From the NCBI GenBank assembly GCA_000320545.1, contig ADNK01003025.1, forward strand, positions 124,001-188,000: a stretch of 64,000 nt of DNA, given 5' to 3'. Shown here piece after piece: positions 28,080 through 37,149 of the stretch. Position 1 is the first letter of the stretch; each line of letters opens with the position of its first letter. The DNA is from Bigelowiella natans CCMP2755. Its lineage: Eukaryota; Protista; Cercozoa. A program made the translations under genes and the position numbers. Under the pieces are notes generated by a model. The model searched no databases, was not told the origin of the DNA, and worked only from the letters and a program-made list of their open reading frames with translations.

Positions 28080-28250
28080 TTTGTTCAATCCAGCATTTGT
28101 CACAGGCTACGTCGATGAAGGCAAGATGATGATGTCCATCGCATTTGTAGACGTCTGTTTGCATGGTATTGAGGAAACACTTTTGCCTCAATTTTCTTGG
28201 AGTGCTTGTTCTTGTCTTTCGGACTCCTTGCGGGATGCGCCGGATCATCC
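28080..28250 (-). mobile_element. Degenerate rve-type integrase core fragment
   Basis: Translation FLNTMQTDVYKCDGHHHLAFIDVACDKCWI fits the integrase N-terminal core pattern Q.D......g.yyl.fiD.ys...w once His/Cys are read as former Tyr. Confidence 0.5.
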
Positions 28251-28359
28251 CTTGAGCGGAGAGCACCTGCAGCCCTCACACACTGTGTGCACACTGTTGT
28301 GCAACCTGCAACATGTCATGTGCTGCTAGCGCATGCACTGCGTTTCCATGATCATCTAG

Positions 28360-28360
<1 letters not shown>

Positions 28361-28391
<31 letters not shown>

Positions 28392-29052
28392 CAGTGTGTG
28401 TGTGCGTAGCGTGTATCGCATTGCCATGTCATGTGGCATCTGCTGTTGTGTGTCCATGCTAGCATGTCTAGATGTGCATGCATGCACGCACACATGGAAT
28501 GGAGCCATGAAAGCCATGTTCGTGTGTGCGCGTGTGAACATGTGTGCATGGTTTACATGCACATGTGTTTTTCATGCCCACACATGCACCAAATGTGCCA
28601 ATGTGGAGCACACATGTTCTAAAAGCACATGTGAACTACCCAATGAACGTGTGTGCTAGACGACGCGCGGGCAATGCAAATGGCATGGCCACAGCTAGAT
28701 GGCTTTGCACAACCAAATCATGTGGACACATGTGTCCATGCACGTGTACGCGTAAGGAACACATGTACCCATGCACACCACATGTACCTAAAAAGCACAC
28801 ATGCTCTGTTCACATCCACACATGCACCAAACAAGCCACTACACATGTACCCATGGTGCACATGGATGCATGTATGTGCACGTGAGCCCCATCATTTGGC
28901 ACATGTGTAGCTATGGGCACATGTGAAGTACGCGATGTACACATGTCGTAGACGGCTACACGTACATGGACATGCATGTCCATGTGAAATGCATCAGGAT
29001 GATCGACTAACAATGAAAAAATGCAATCATTTCATTGCATCCGTCTCACATT

Positions 29053-29086
<34 letters not shown>
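28361..29086. repeat. Low-complexity CA/TG tract bounded by (TG)15 at 28361-28390 and (CA)16 at 29054-29085
   Basis: Read directly; the interior is dominated by CATG, TGCA, CACA and TGTG. Confidence 0.85.
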
Positions 29087-29089
<3 letters not shown>

Positions 29090-29265
29090 TAGACTGTGCT
29101 GAACACATGCAATGAGATGGCAACAAATTTGCATGGCTATGTTAGGATGGCCATTGAAAGAATTTAATCGTTTCATCACATCCGTGTCACACATGCAACA
29201 AATGCTGATGTGCACAATAGACGTCCATTGAAAACATTAAATCACTTCATTACATCCGTCTCACA
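29025..29265 (+). repeat. Three diverged copies of a ~26-bp core repeat (AATCnnTTCATnnCATCCGTsTCACA)
   Basis: Copies at 29025-29050, 29166-29191 and 29240-29265. Confidence 0.85.
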
Positions 29266-29484
29266 ATGGACTTCATGTCTCTCATGTGTGATTTGCTCGA
29301 TGCAAAATCTGGACAATGCACATGACAATCTGAAATCTGCGCAACTGTCGTTTGCAGACTGATCAACCTTTAATGTTGCTTCAACAGCTGCCCTTACATG
29401 CACAATCGCAAACATGACTAATTGTAAACCAGATAAGATTCATATAGTTATAGGTTCAATTTTGCGCCTGCATTCTCCGTCATT

Positions 29485-31047
29485 CTAGATACTTGTGAAA
29501 AATTTGTACATCCTGGCCTTCAATCCTGCTTTTTCTTTCTCAAAGTCCTTTCGTTTGACTTCCAATGCATTTTGCTGTTCTTCCAATTGTCGTTTGAGTG
29601 CTTGCAAGTTGTTCTTTTCTTGTTTCAATGCTTGCTTTTCTTTTTTCAATGCTTGTTTTTCTTCTTTTAATTTCTCTGTCAATCTAGCCTTTTTTACCTC
29701 GATTTCAGCTTCTTTCTTTTTGACTGCTGCCTCTCTTTCTTTCAACCGCACTTCCCTCATGAATGCACTGCCGAGTTCTGGTTTCTTTTCATCTGCTCCT
29801 AGATGTGCGGGCTGTTGTCTCTGGTGATCCACTTTGAGTGCCTGCCCATACCGAGTTTCACGCTGGTCATGGGTTGCAGCCTCAACATCTTCAGGCTCAG
29901 GTCTCATTTCAGACACAAACCCCTCTTCATCACTGCTAGTTTCTCCTTCAGTTTCTGAATCAAATTCTTCCTTGACATTGTTATTATCTTTTTTCTTGGC
30001 TTTTCCATCGTCTGCTTGCACTTCATCATCCATTTCCTTGAGTTCTTCAACATCTGCTTGCTTGGCTTCTGCATTGAGTGTATTTGCTTTCAACAAGACC
30101 TTTTGATCTTCGCAACAGTCCGTAGAGGGCGGTCCTGTGTACCAGGGACATACGTGCCTTTTGTCAACCCAGTTGTATTCTTTCTCATCCGTTGCGAGAA
30201 TCCACTTCACACACATTTTGCCTCTCTGTTTTGTTCTCATCATTTTTTCGGGTATTTCGGAGCGATGGAGAAGCTGGCCAGGCCACCAATCGTGACCAGA
30301 AAATTTGAACCAGTTGACATGTCCTTTTTTAGGTTTAAAATTGTTGTTCTTGCTTTCAATGATGAGTTCCTCGTCCAATTGTGGCTTCTGATTTCCAGCA
30401 ATGATTCGTCGTCGGATGCGCACACGTTTGTTCGATTCTATGTTTACACTCAACTTTCCTTCTTTCAGATAATTTTGGAGCAAATCTGTGATGTCAACAT
30501 TCCTTTGTCTCTTTGCAAGATCTAACGCATTCTCGACAAGTTTCTTAGGCGGCTGTTTGAGATGCTGTAGAATTTGTTGAACAATCAAGATGCGGTCGTA
30601 ATTCGCTTGTGCAATGTGTTCTAGGGGGGTTCGACGATGGTTGTCCTTGTGATTTAAGTCCGCGTTAGCTTTCATTAGCAAAGAGACCTCTTTGTGGGAT
30701 GCCAGATAATACATTGGAGTTTTACCGCACTCATCAGCTGCATTTACATCTGCTTTGAGCTTCAGGAGCTGTTCTACGTGTTGAACACCAGATTTCACAG
30801 CATGGTGGAGGATTGTCCGTCCCTTCAGGTCTGTGTGATTGATGTCAATTGGGCAACGCTTTTCCCTGAAAAAGTCTATCACTTTGTTCCAGTCGCGGCA
30901 GTGAGCATAATTGAATATCCGCTTTGCGGTTTGATCATCGTTGTCACTTGGCGGTTTGACACCGGCATCAGTCTTCCTTCTAACTCTCCGACCATTGCCT
31001 CTGCGTGGAGTATTTAAACTCTTTTGCGGTAATGTCCCCCTTTTCAT
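29485..31047 (-). CDS. Ankyrin-repeat + PWWP-domain + coiled-coil protein (520-aa ORF; possible upstream exon at about 31298-31540 via intron 31067-31297)
   Basis: Ankyrin motifs (KGRTILHHAV, DVNAADECGKTPMYY, DLNHKDNHRRTPLEH); PWWP-like WFKFSGHDWWPGQL...CVKWI...YNWV; acidic stretch; K/E/Q coiled-coil C-terminus. A polypyrimidine CAG acceptor lies just upstream of the ATG. Confidence 0.8.
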   Translation of the reverse strand: MKRGTLPQKSLNTPRRGNGRRVRRKTDAGVKPPSDNDDQTAKRIFNYAHCRDWNKVIDFFREKRCPIDINHTDLKGRTILHHAVKSGVQHVEQLLKLKADVNAADECGKTPMYYLASHKEVSLLMKANADLNHKDNHRRTPLEHIAQANYDRILIVQQILQHLKQPPKKLVENALDLAKRQRNVDITDLLQNYLKEGKLSVNIESNKRVRIRRRIIAGNQKPQLDEELIIESKNNNFKPKKGHVNWFKFSGHDWWPGQLLHRSEIPEKMMRTKQRGKMCVKWILATDEKEYNWVDKRHVCPWYTGPPSTDCCEDQKVLLKANTLNAEAKQADVEELKEMDDEVQADDGKAKKKDNNNVKEEFDSETEGETSSDEEGFVSEMRPEPEDVEAATHDQRETRYGQALKVDHQRQQPAHLGADEKKPELGSAFMREVRLKEREAAVKKKEAEIEVKKARLTEKLKEEKQALKKEKQALKQEKNNLQALKRQLEEQQNALEVKRKDFEKEKAGLKARMYKFFTSI

Positions 31048-31156
31048 TCTCTTGTGAGAATCTGAGCTGGAAGGAAAAATCGTTGGATTTGCGCAACCTT
31101 CATGATGAAAAAAATTAATTCAATTTGCTGTGCTCATGAACAAGTCTTTGTGTGTT

Positions 31157-31187
<31 letters not shown>

Positions 31188-31226
31188 CTGTCTAGGTGCT
31201 CTTGTGATGTGTGAATGCACATGTTT

Positions 31227-31268
<42 letters not shown>

Positions 31269-32366
31269 ACTTCCTCCCCATGCGCACGTGAACACACCGA
31301 GATTGTGTGCAGTGTGAAATGTTGATTTTCATGATTTGAGATTCACTTTGGATTGGGTCGTCACCTTGGAGTCTATGTGAAGCTTCTGGTATTGGCGACT
31401 TGTTTTGGCGACTCTGTGGTCCTTGAAATGCAATTCTGTTCTCACTGGTCCATTTAATCGTCCGATGGGACGACAACCTCAATTTCACCTCAACGACTCC
31501 GAACAATTCGTTGTTCTGAGCTTGTTTTGTCATCACCATCACTTGATTTCACCTCAAAATGCAGGTTAATTCATGGTGAAAGACAGATTTTGTGTGAACA
31601 AATTCAAATTTTTGCGGTTGAAAACTTGAATTCTGACAACGCTCCCCCCTCATCACCTCTTTTTTCATGGGAAAAGGCCACCGTGTGGGGCGATCAATGA
31701 TAGACATAGTAATAGCATGTGTAATGCATATGTGACATTACGTGTCTGTGATGAGACATGGCAATGGCACATGTGATGTGCACATGACATCACGTGTCTG
31801 TGACATCACGGGACAAGCGTGAACAAAGAAAAGCGCGCACACGACTTGTTGGTCCTTGAGCAGTCGTGTGAGAAGATGAGGGATGGTCTGGCGGGTCTGA
31901 GTCAAACATTCCAAAGTGAACGCAAGGCGTTGAAACACCTCTGTGCACGTGCGTCCATCGTCGGGGAACCAGTTCCCAACCCCGTCGCCAATGTGTGACA
32001 GTGAACCCTCTGCTCACATGCGCGCATCGACAAGTTCGTCTTCAAGTTGCTCCACGTGCGATTCCACGTCAAAAAGATTGATGGAGGTCATTGGTCCGCT
32101 CGACGTGCGTCGATGGTGCACGACGTGCCAGCGTGGTGACCGTGTCGGCAGCAAGCTCCGTCGTTCCACCAGAACACCCGGATTCTCTGCATCATCGGTC
32201 AGTTCGTCGTCGTCTGGTGCTTCTTCCGGCACAAGTGTGATCGAGTGAGCTCGAGGATGGTGTTGTTGCTGTGGTGGGCCAGCCAGCCAGTGGGGTGCAA
32301 AACACCATTGCCCACAAGGAAGTCTGCCATCCGAGCAGGTCCTGCTTCGAACGAGTTCGGAGTGAA

Positions 32367-33362
32367 GCATGAACAATGAACAATGAACAATGATGACGAA
32401 CCACGTTTCCAAAACGTTGCAAGACACTTGCAGTGTGCGAAACGCAGTGCCTCGAACTGGCTTCAGTGAGGACTGTGACCAGCAAATCAACCAGCTGGTT
32501 TTTCAAAATGGCATGACTCAGTCATTGTGAAGCAATGACACTGGCGGCAAAGTTCTGGCGGCGCAAGGCCTCCACTCTGAGCAAAAACTTCCTGAAGGCC
32601 ATGTCCACACAACGAGAGAGCCCTGATGCACATGATCATGCACGTGCAGGCTCTCACGTGCAACCGGTGTGCAAACACAAGTGGTCAAGTGCACACGTTC
32701 CATGCGGACACGTGCAGTTGACCACGTGTGTCTTGGAGAACTTTGCACGAGAGAGCCCCAATGCACACAATCACACGCACGTAGGCTCTCACCAACGATC
32801 CACGTTTGGATCATCTGAGGGCCCCCCCAGCAAAACTTTGGTTTTGAAAGAGTCTGGAGCGTCAAAGAATGAAGAGTGGAAGGAAGAAGCTGGGCCCAGA
32901 GCTGATCTCGTGCACGAGAGAAGTTTGTTTCTCTCTGCATTCAAGTGAGTGCAATGATGGATGAGGTGGTTGACACTTTGAACAACTTCAGCATTGCAAA
33001 GAGGACAAACCGAGGAAGAGGGGGGCAAATTGTGAACTTTGGCCCTGTGTTCTTCAGTTTCGCAAGTCCCAGCGCGGAGCTGAAGTTTGATCAACACTCC
33101 TGAATTGTCATGCCAATCATCGAGATGACACTCAAACAATCTGGAAGCTGGCCTTCCAATGTGGCTCTTCGCCCAGGCTCTGAGTTTGCAGATTGGGGCA
33201 TCGGGTTTGACGCACGAATGAAAGCTGCGACACAAGTTGCCATTGGTGGACAGATGAGCCCTGACTCTTCGATTGAGGTCAAGATCAACCAGTTTTGGAC
33301 AGGTCTGGTCCAAGTTGACCAACACGTCCAAGCCACAGGCAGATGGGCCACAGGCAGTGATG
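32367..33362 (-). mobile_element. 5'-truncated non-LTR retrotransposon (LINE-like) copy A: ORF2 C-terminus, 3' UTR and (TTGTTCA)n tail
   Basis: The minus-strand frame has IKLQLRAGT...CPLCNAEVVQSVNHLIHHCTHLNAER (ORF2 CCHC zinc knuckle) ending at stop 32789. The tandem-repeat tail is at 32369-32390. Candidate 9-bp TSD CGGAGTGAA at 32358-32366 and 33363-33371. Confidence 0.8.
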
Positions 33363-33499
33363 CGGAGTGAACACTGGCAAAAGGGAAGTGTCAAGCAAGG
33401 AGTCAAGCTAGCAAGTCTGCCCGATCCTGGAGATTTGACTGCTCCGGCTGAAAAACGAACAGCGGCAGAACCAATCCGCAAGTGCACGCCCCGTGGAAA

Positions 33500-34146
33500 G
33501 CCACCTGTGACAAACCAAACAGCTGCACGGGCTGGTGTGAGTGTCAGAAGTGCTGGACGATGGTGGAATGATGTGTGGAATGCTTCCGAAGGGGACCTAG
33601 TTTCGGATGTGTTGCAGGCCAGAGGCCAGCCATCGAAAGTGAAGAAAAGCGTGGTGTCGAGAGTGCACAGGGGGGCAGTGAACAACAACACGGGTGCAAG
33701 TGGCAACGTGAAGTTTGCTGTGACAAAAGAAGACACATTGCGCAGAACAATGAACAATGAACAATGAACAATGATGGCGAACTGCACTTCCAAAGTGTTG
33801 CAAGACGTTTGCAGTGTGCGAAGTGCAGTGCCTCGAACTGGCGCAGAACGGATGCGAGCTGGTGGAGGAAGAAGCGAGGAGCAAGAACAAACGTGAATCA
33901 AGGGCCAAGATGGGCAGATCCACGAAGTGCACAATGCTTGGTGCGATGAGTCTCATCACCAACACCAAGAGACGCGTGAAGTGCAAAACCCAGTCCAGAA
34001 CAACCGCCGAGTCTTCTTTGAGAAATCCAGTTCTTGCCACTGTGTGGCCAAAACTGTGCACGAACCAGAGAATCTGCCAAACGTTGAACCGTCGTTGTTG
34101 TTCAACACGGACGCCACTGACTTTCTCTTTGGCATCCAGAGGGTGT
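33500..34146 (+). pseudogene. Degenerate Tc1/mariner-pogo-like transposase fragment interrupted by LINE insertions
   Basis: HTH-like TAARAGVSVRSAGRWW...ARGQPSKV and DDE-first-Asp-like PSLLFNTDATDF; frameshifted. Confidence 0.45.
33749..33840 (-). mobile_element. 92-bp extreme 3' fragment of the same LINE family (copy B) with a 9-bp target-site duplication
   Basis: Homologous to 32369-32461; flanked by exact GCGCAGAAC at 33740-33748 and 33841-33849. Confidence 0.85.
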
Positions 34147-34147
34147 C

Positions 34148-34198
34148 AATGAACAATGAACAATGAACAATGATGATGGACCACATTTCCAAAGTGTC
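34148..34198 (-). mobile_element. ~50-bp 3' fragment of the same LINE family (copy C)
   Basis: AATGAACAATGAACAATGAACAATGATGATGGACCACATTTCCAAAGTGT matches copies A and B; TSD unclear. Confidence 0.75.
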
Positions 34199-34672
34199 CA
34201 ATTTGGATTGATGAGTCGCACTTGGATCGAATCTGGGCCACTGCGAGTCGTACTTTTACCAGTTCCATTTCAAAGTGGACTTCAAAGTGAGTTTCATCAG
34301 TGCGACAACAGAAACCTGCAAATTTTAAAAAGGAAACGGCCTCTTACAGTTGCGTATCCAAGCGAACCTTTTACAAGCGACGGAACACGGAGGGGGAGAA
34401 AGATTTTCCCAACGCTGAGATCTTCGAATCAATCTTCCTCTGTCCCTTCTTTTCACATTCATTGGAATATATGAGCAAGCTCTAAGCCTTACGTGCAGTT
34501 TCCAGCTCAGTTGTAGTTGTTGGTTTCTTGCTTCAAAGCCCATTCGTTTCGAGGCGCACTTTCGCCGGTGTGTGCATTCATTTCCAGGCAGTTAAGTGAT
34601 TCTCTTGGAATACAGCCGAGGCCCACAGCCGACAAGAGTCCAGAGAAGGAGGGGATTATCTCTTGTCACGTA

Positions 34673-36908
34673 ATGATCTCTCTCAAACCTCTCAGCCCGC
34701 CTAATTACGGCTCAGCTAAATTTGGCGCGAACAACGTCAGGCACGAAAACAGCAGCACATCTGGCGAGGGTGACCCGGTGGGACCCGCATGCGCGGGCTC
34801 CAGATTGCCAGTAATTACAAGGAAAGGCTACAGTGCTGAAGAAGTTGGTGAGGCGCTAAATGGCATTCACTTCTCGGTGGGGAAGCACGTCGTTCAGCAG
34901 GGCGATAGTAGTGGCGAATACGATAGTGTTTCCAACTATAAGAATCATAATCTGGAGCATAAGAATCAAAATAAACAAAATGTCGTGGACAAAAATCTTG
35001 TGACCGACACCCAAGCAGCTATGCATGGCATCACGCCGTACTCTGACCTGACAGGGTTCGCAATGTGTATGAACTACATCGTTGGGACGGGCTGTTTCGG
35101 CCTGCCCTTCGCCTTCGCAGAGGCTGGCTTGGCGATGAATACCTGCCTTCTCTTGGGAGGTGGAATACTAGCCATGATCTCCATGAACTACACAATTGAG
35201 TTTCTCGCGCGCGCAGAAGCAATTTCCTCTCTCCGGCCCGGCCAAGCACCAAATCATCGAATCACATTTCGCCGCTTTGACTTCTTAAAAGTCTCGGGTA
35301 TATTCGCGGGGCGAACGGGAACCTTGCTAATGCAGATTCCTCTCTTTATCAGCGCTCTTGGAACATTGTGGTCCTTCTCGTCGATGTTTTCCTCCTCAAC
35401 TGCGAACGTCTTTACCACTTACTTCCTCTCGAAGCACTGTAATGTGTACAGGTCGTTGTTTCTCTCCTACCCCTCCTTTTCTTCCTCCTTCTTCATGTCG
35501 TCATCGTCGTTGTAGTTAGTCATCGTTTATTCCTTCACTGTAATTACAGTTGGGCATTCATTTTTTAAAAAGAAACAGAATCAAAAAATAAGTGTGTAGG
35601 AATTAGTCAGTGCTCTGTTTTGGATGGAGCGAACGAAGCATATAATGCAAAACGCTCTTTCCCCCTTCCTCTTTTCAACACATATTTTATATTTGATGGC
35701 TGTATGATCATTACCTATGATATTAAAAGCGACCCGACAAGCCAGTGCGTCTCAACCTATCTGCTCTTTATGGGGATCTTCGCCGCTGTAGTAATTTTCC
35801 TTGTGTTAATGGACATGTCCGAGCAGGCCACCGTGCAGAAATACCTCACTTTATACCGGGTCAAAATTACTTTCACATGCAATGTTGCAATGATGACAGC
35901 AAATATTAGAACGAATCTATTTTTGTGCGGAGGATGCTCTTTTTGTGTTATCTCTCACCTTTCTCGTGTCGAATCTATTAGCACAGCTAGAAGACAAATG
36001 ATGGAGAGATTTATTTTCTTTACCGCCTAGTTGTAAACGACGTGCCCTGAATTCTGTATTAGGTTCTGGCCCTCGGAGCGATGTTTGTGACGTTGGTAGT
36101 CAAAGTCAACGAGGATGGTCTTCCTGCAATGGAGCATCGTGCTCGCCTAATTGGAGCCTGGAACCTTGGCGAATTCGCCAAGGGCTTTGGACCGTGTATG
36201 CTCGCGATCAATTGCCATTACAACATCCCCAACGTTATCCAGCCGCTACGCTCAAAAGCTAATGTCCGCGTCGTTCCTCAGTTAGCACTTGGGGTGGCTA
36301 TAGTACTATACCTCTTCCTGGGGATATTGGGAGCACTGGCCTTCGACAATATAAGCCCGATGGTGAGCCTCAACTGGGCAAGCTACACCGCCTGTGGAGG
36401 GGGCTGGGACTTGTGCATTGATGACGCTGCCGCCCCCTACTACGCCGGCGCTCGGAGAATCTATGCGCACACCATTCGGCTTTTCATCGTTCTCTTTCCT
36501 GTCTTCAATATCATCTCGACATATCCAATGATTTGCCTCACGCTAGGTGATAACATTACACTGGCGGTTCCAGATAGCGTCAAGCGGCGGATAAGTCACA
36601 CTACAGTGACCGGCATTGCACGAATCTGCTGTGTATTACCTCCAATAGCACTCGCTGCAGTGTTTAAGAAGCTTGATGTCATTTTCAGCATCGCAGGTAT
36701 TTTTGGGTTCACCCTCCAACTGACGATGCCGTGCTACCTCAATCTACTCACCATCGACTACTGTGAGGAAACTTACGGGAAAGGGAGCAGTGTAACCCCC
36801 TTCTCGCTTGGATTTCTGAGCTGGCGCTGCGTCGTTCAGGCGTTGTTCCTTTTAAGCTTTGTCATGGTTGGAATTGCTTTCGTGAATGTCCTGCCGCATA
36901 TCGTGTAA
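34673..36908 (+). CDS. Amino-acid transporter family protein (Aa_trans, TMEM104-like). Exons 34673-35451, 35730-35859, 36063-36908
   Basis: GFAMCMNYIVGTGCFGLPFAFAEAG TM1 signature, CHYNIPNVIQP and FPVFNIISTYPMICLTL motifs; GT-AG junctions keep the frame. Confidence 0.88.
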
Positions 36909-37149
36909 TCATGTAAAACGATGGAAATCTGGTATAAATCTGATAGCTAATGTCTATTGTTAAAGTTCATTAGAACCTTCAGAGTAGCTTGCTCGCTCCT
37001 GCCATGCAACGCACCTTTACTAATATCTGATGCATGACCTTGCCCTGCTTCGCATTTGAGAAAGTAAATAATCAGCACTGCGATGCATGATAATATATAC
37101 GACACTACTTACAATTTCGGCATCGTCATATGTGAACTTAATGAGCGGC

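Larger units (their letters stand above)
31741..34250. mobile_element. Nested transposon-relic cluster, almost devoid of TpA
   Basis: Contains three LINE-like 3' ends and transposase-like fragments; only 3 TA dinucleotides in 2510 bp. Confidence 0.85.

Noticed and set aside
28197-29215. His/Cys/Met/Thr-rich ORFs as metal-binding peptides
   Set aside because: They are translations of CA/TG low-complexity DNA in several frames at once.
32789-33934. 381-aa ORF as a real gene
   Set aside because: It is a chimeric read-through across different nested elements, open only because TAA/TAG stops are absent.
32369-34198. CRISPR-like array or hammerhead ribozyme in the three repeated TGAACAA/TGATGA modules
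   Set aside because: Spacing is irregular, TSDs and LINE ORF2 linkage explain the repeats, and the CUGANGA core is not intact.
31741-34250. CpG-methylation decay or fungal RIP as the cause of the TG/CA excess
   Set aside because: CpG is abundant here and TpA is the missing dinucleotide; RIP would enrich TpA.
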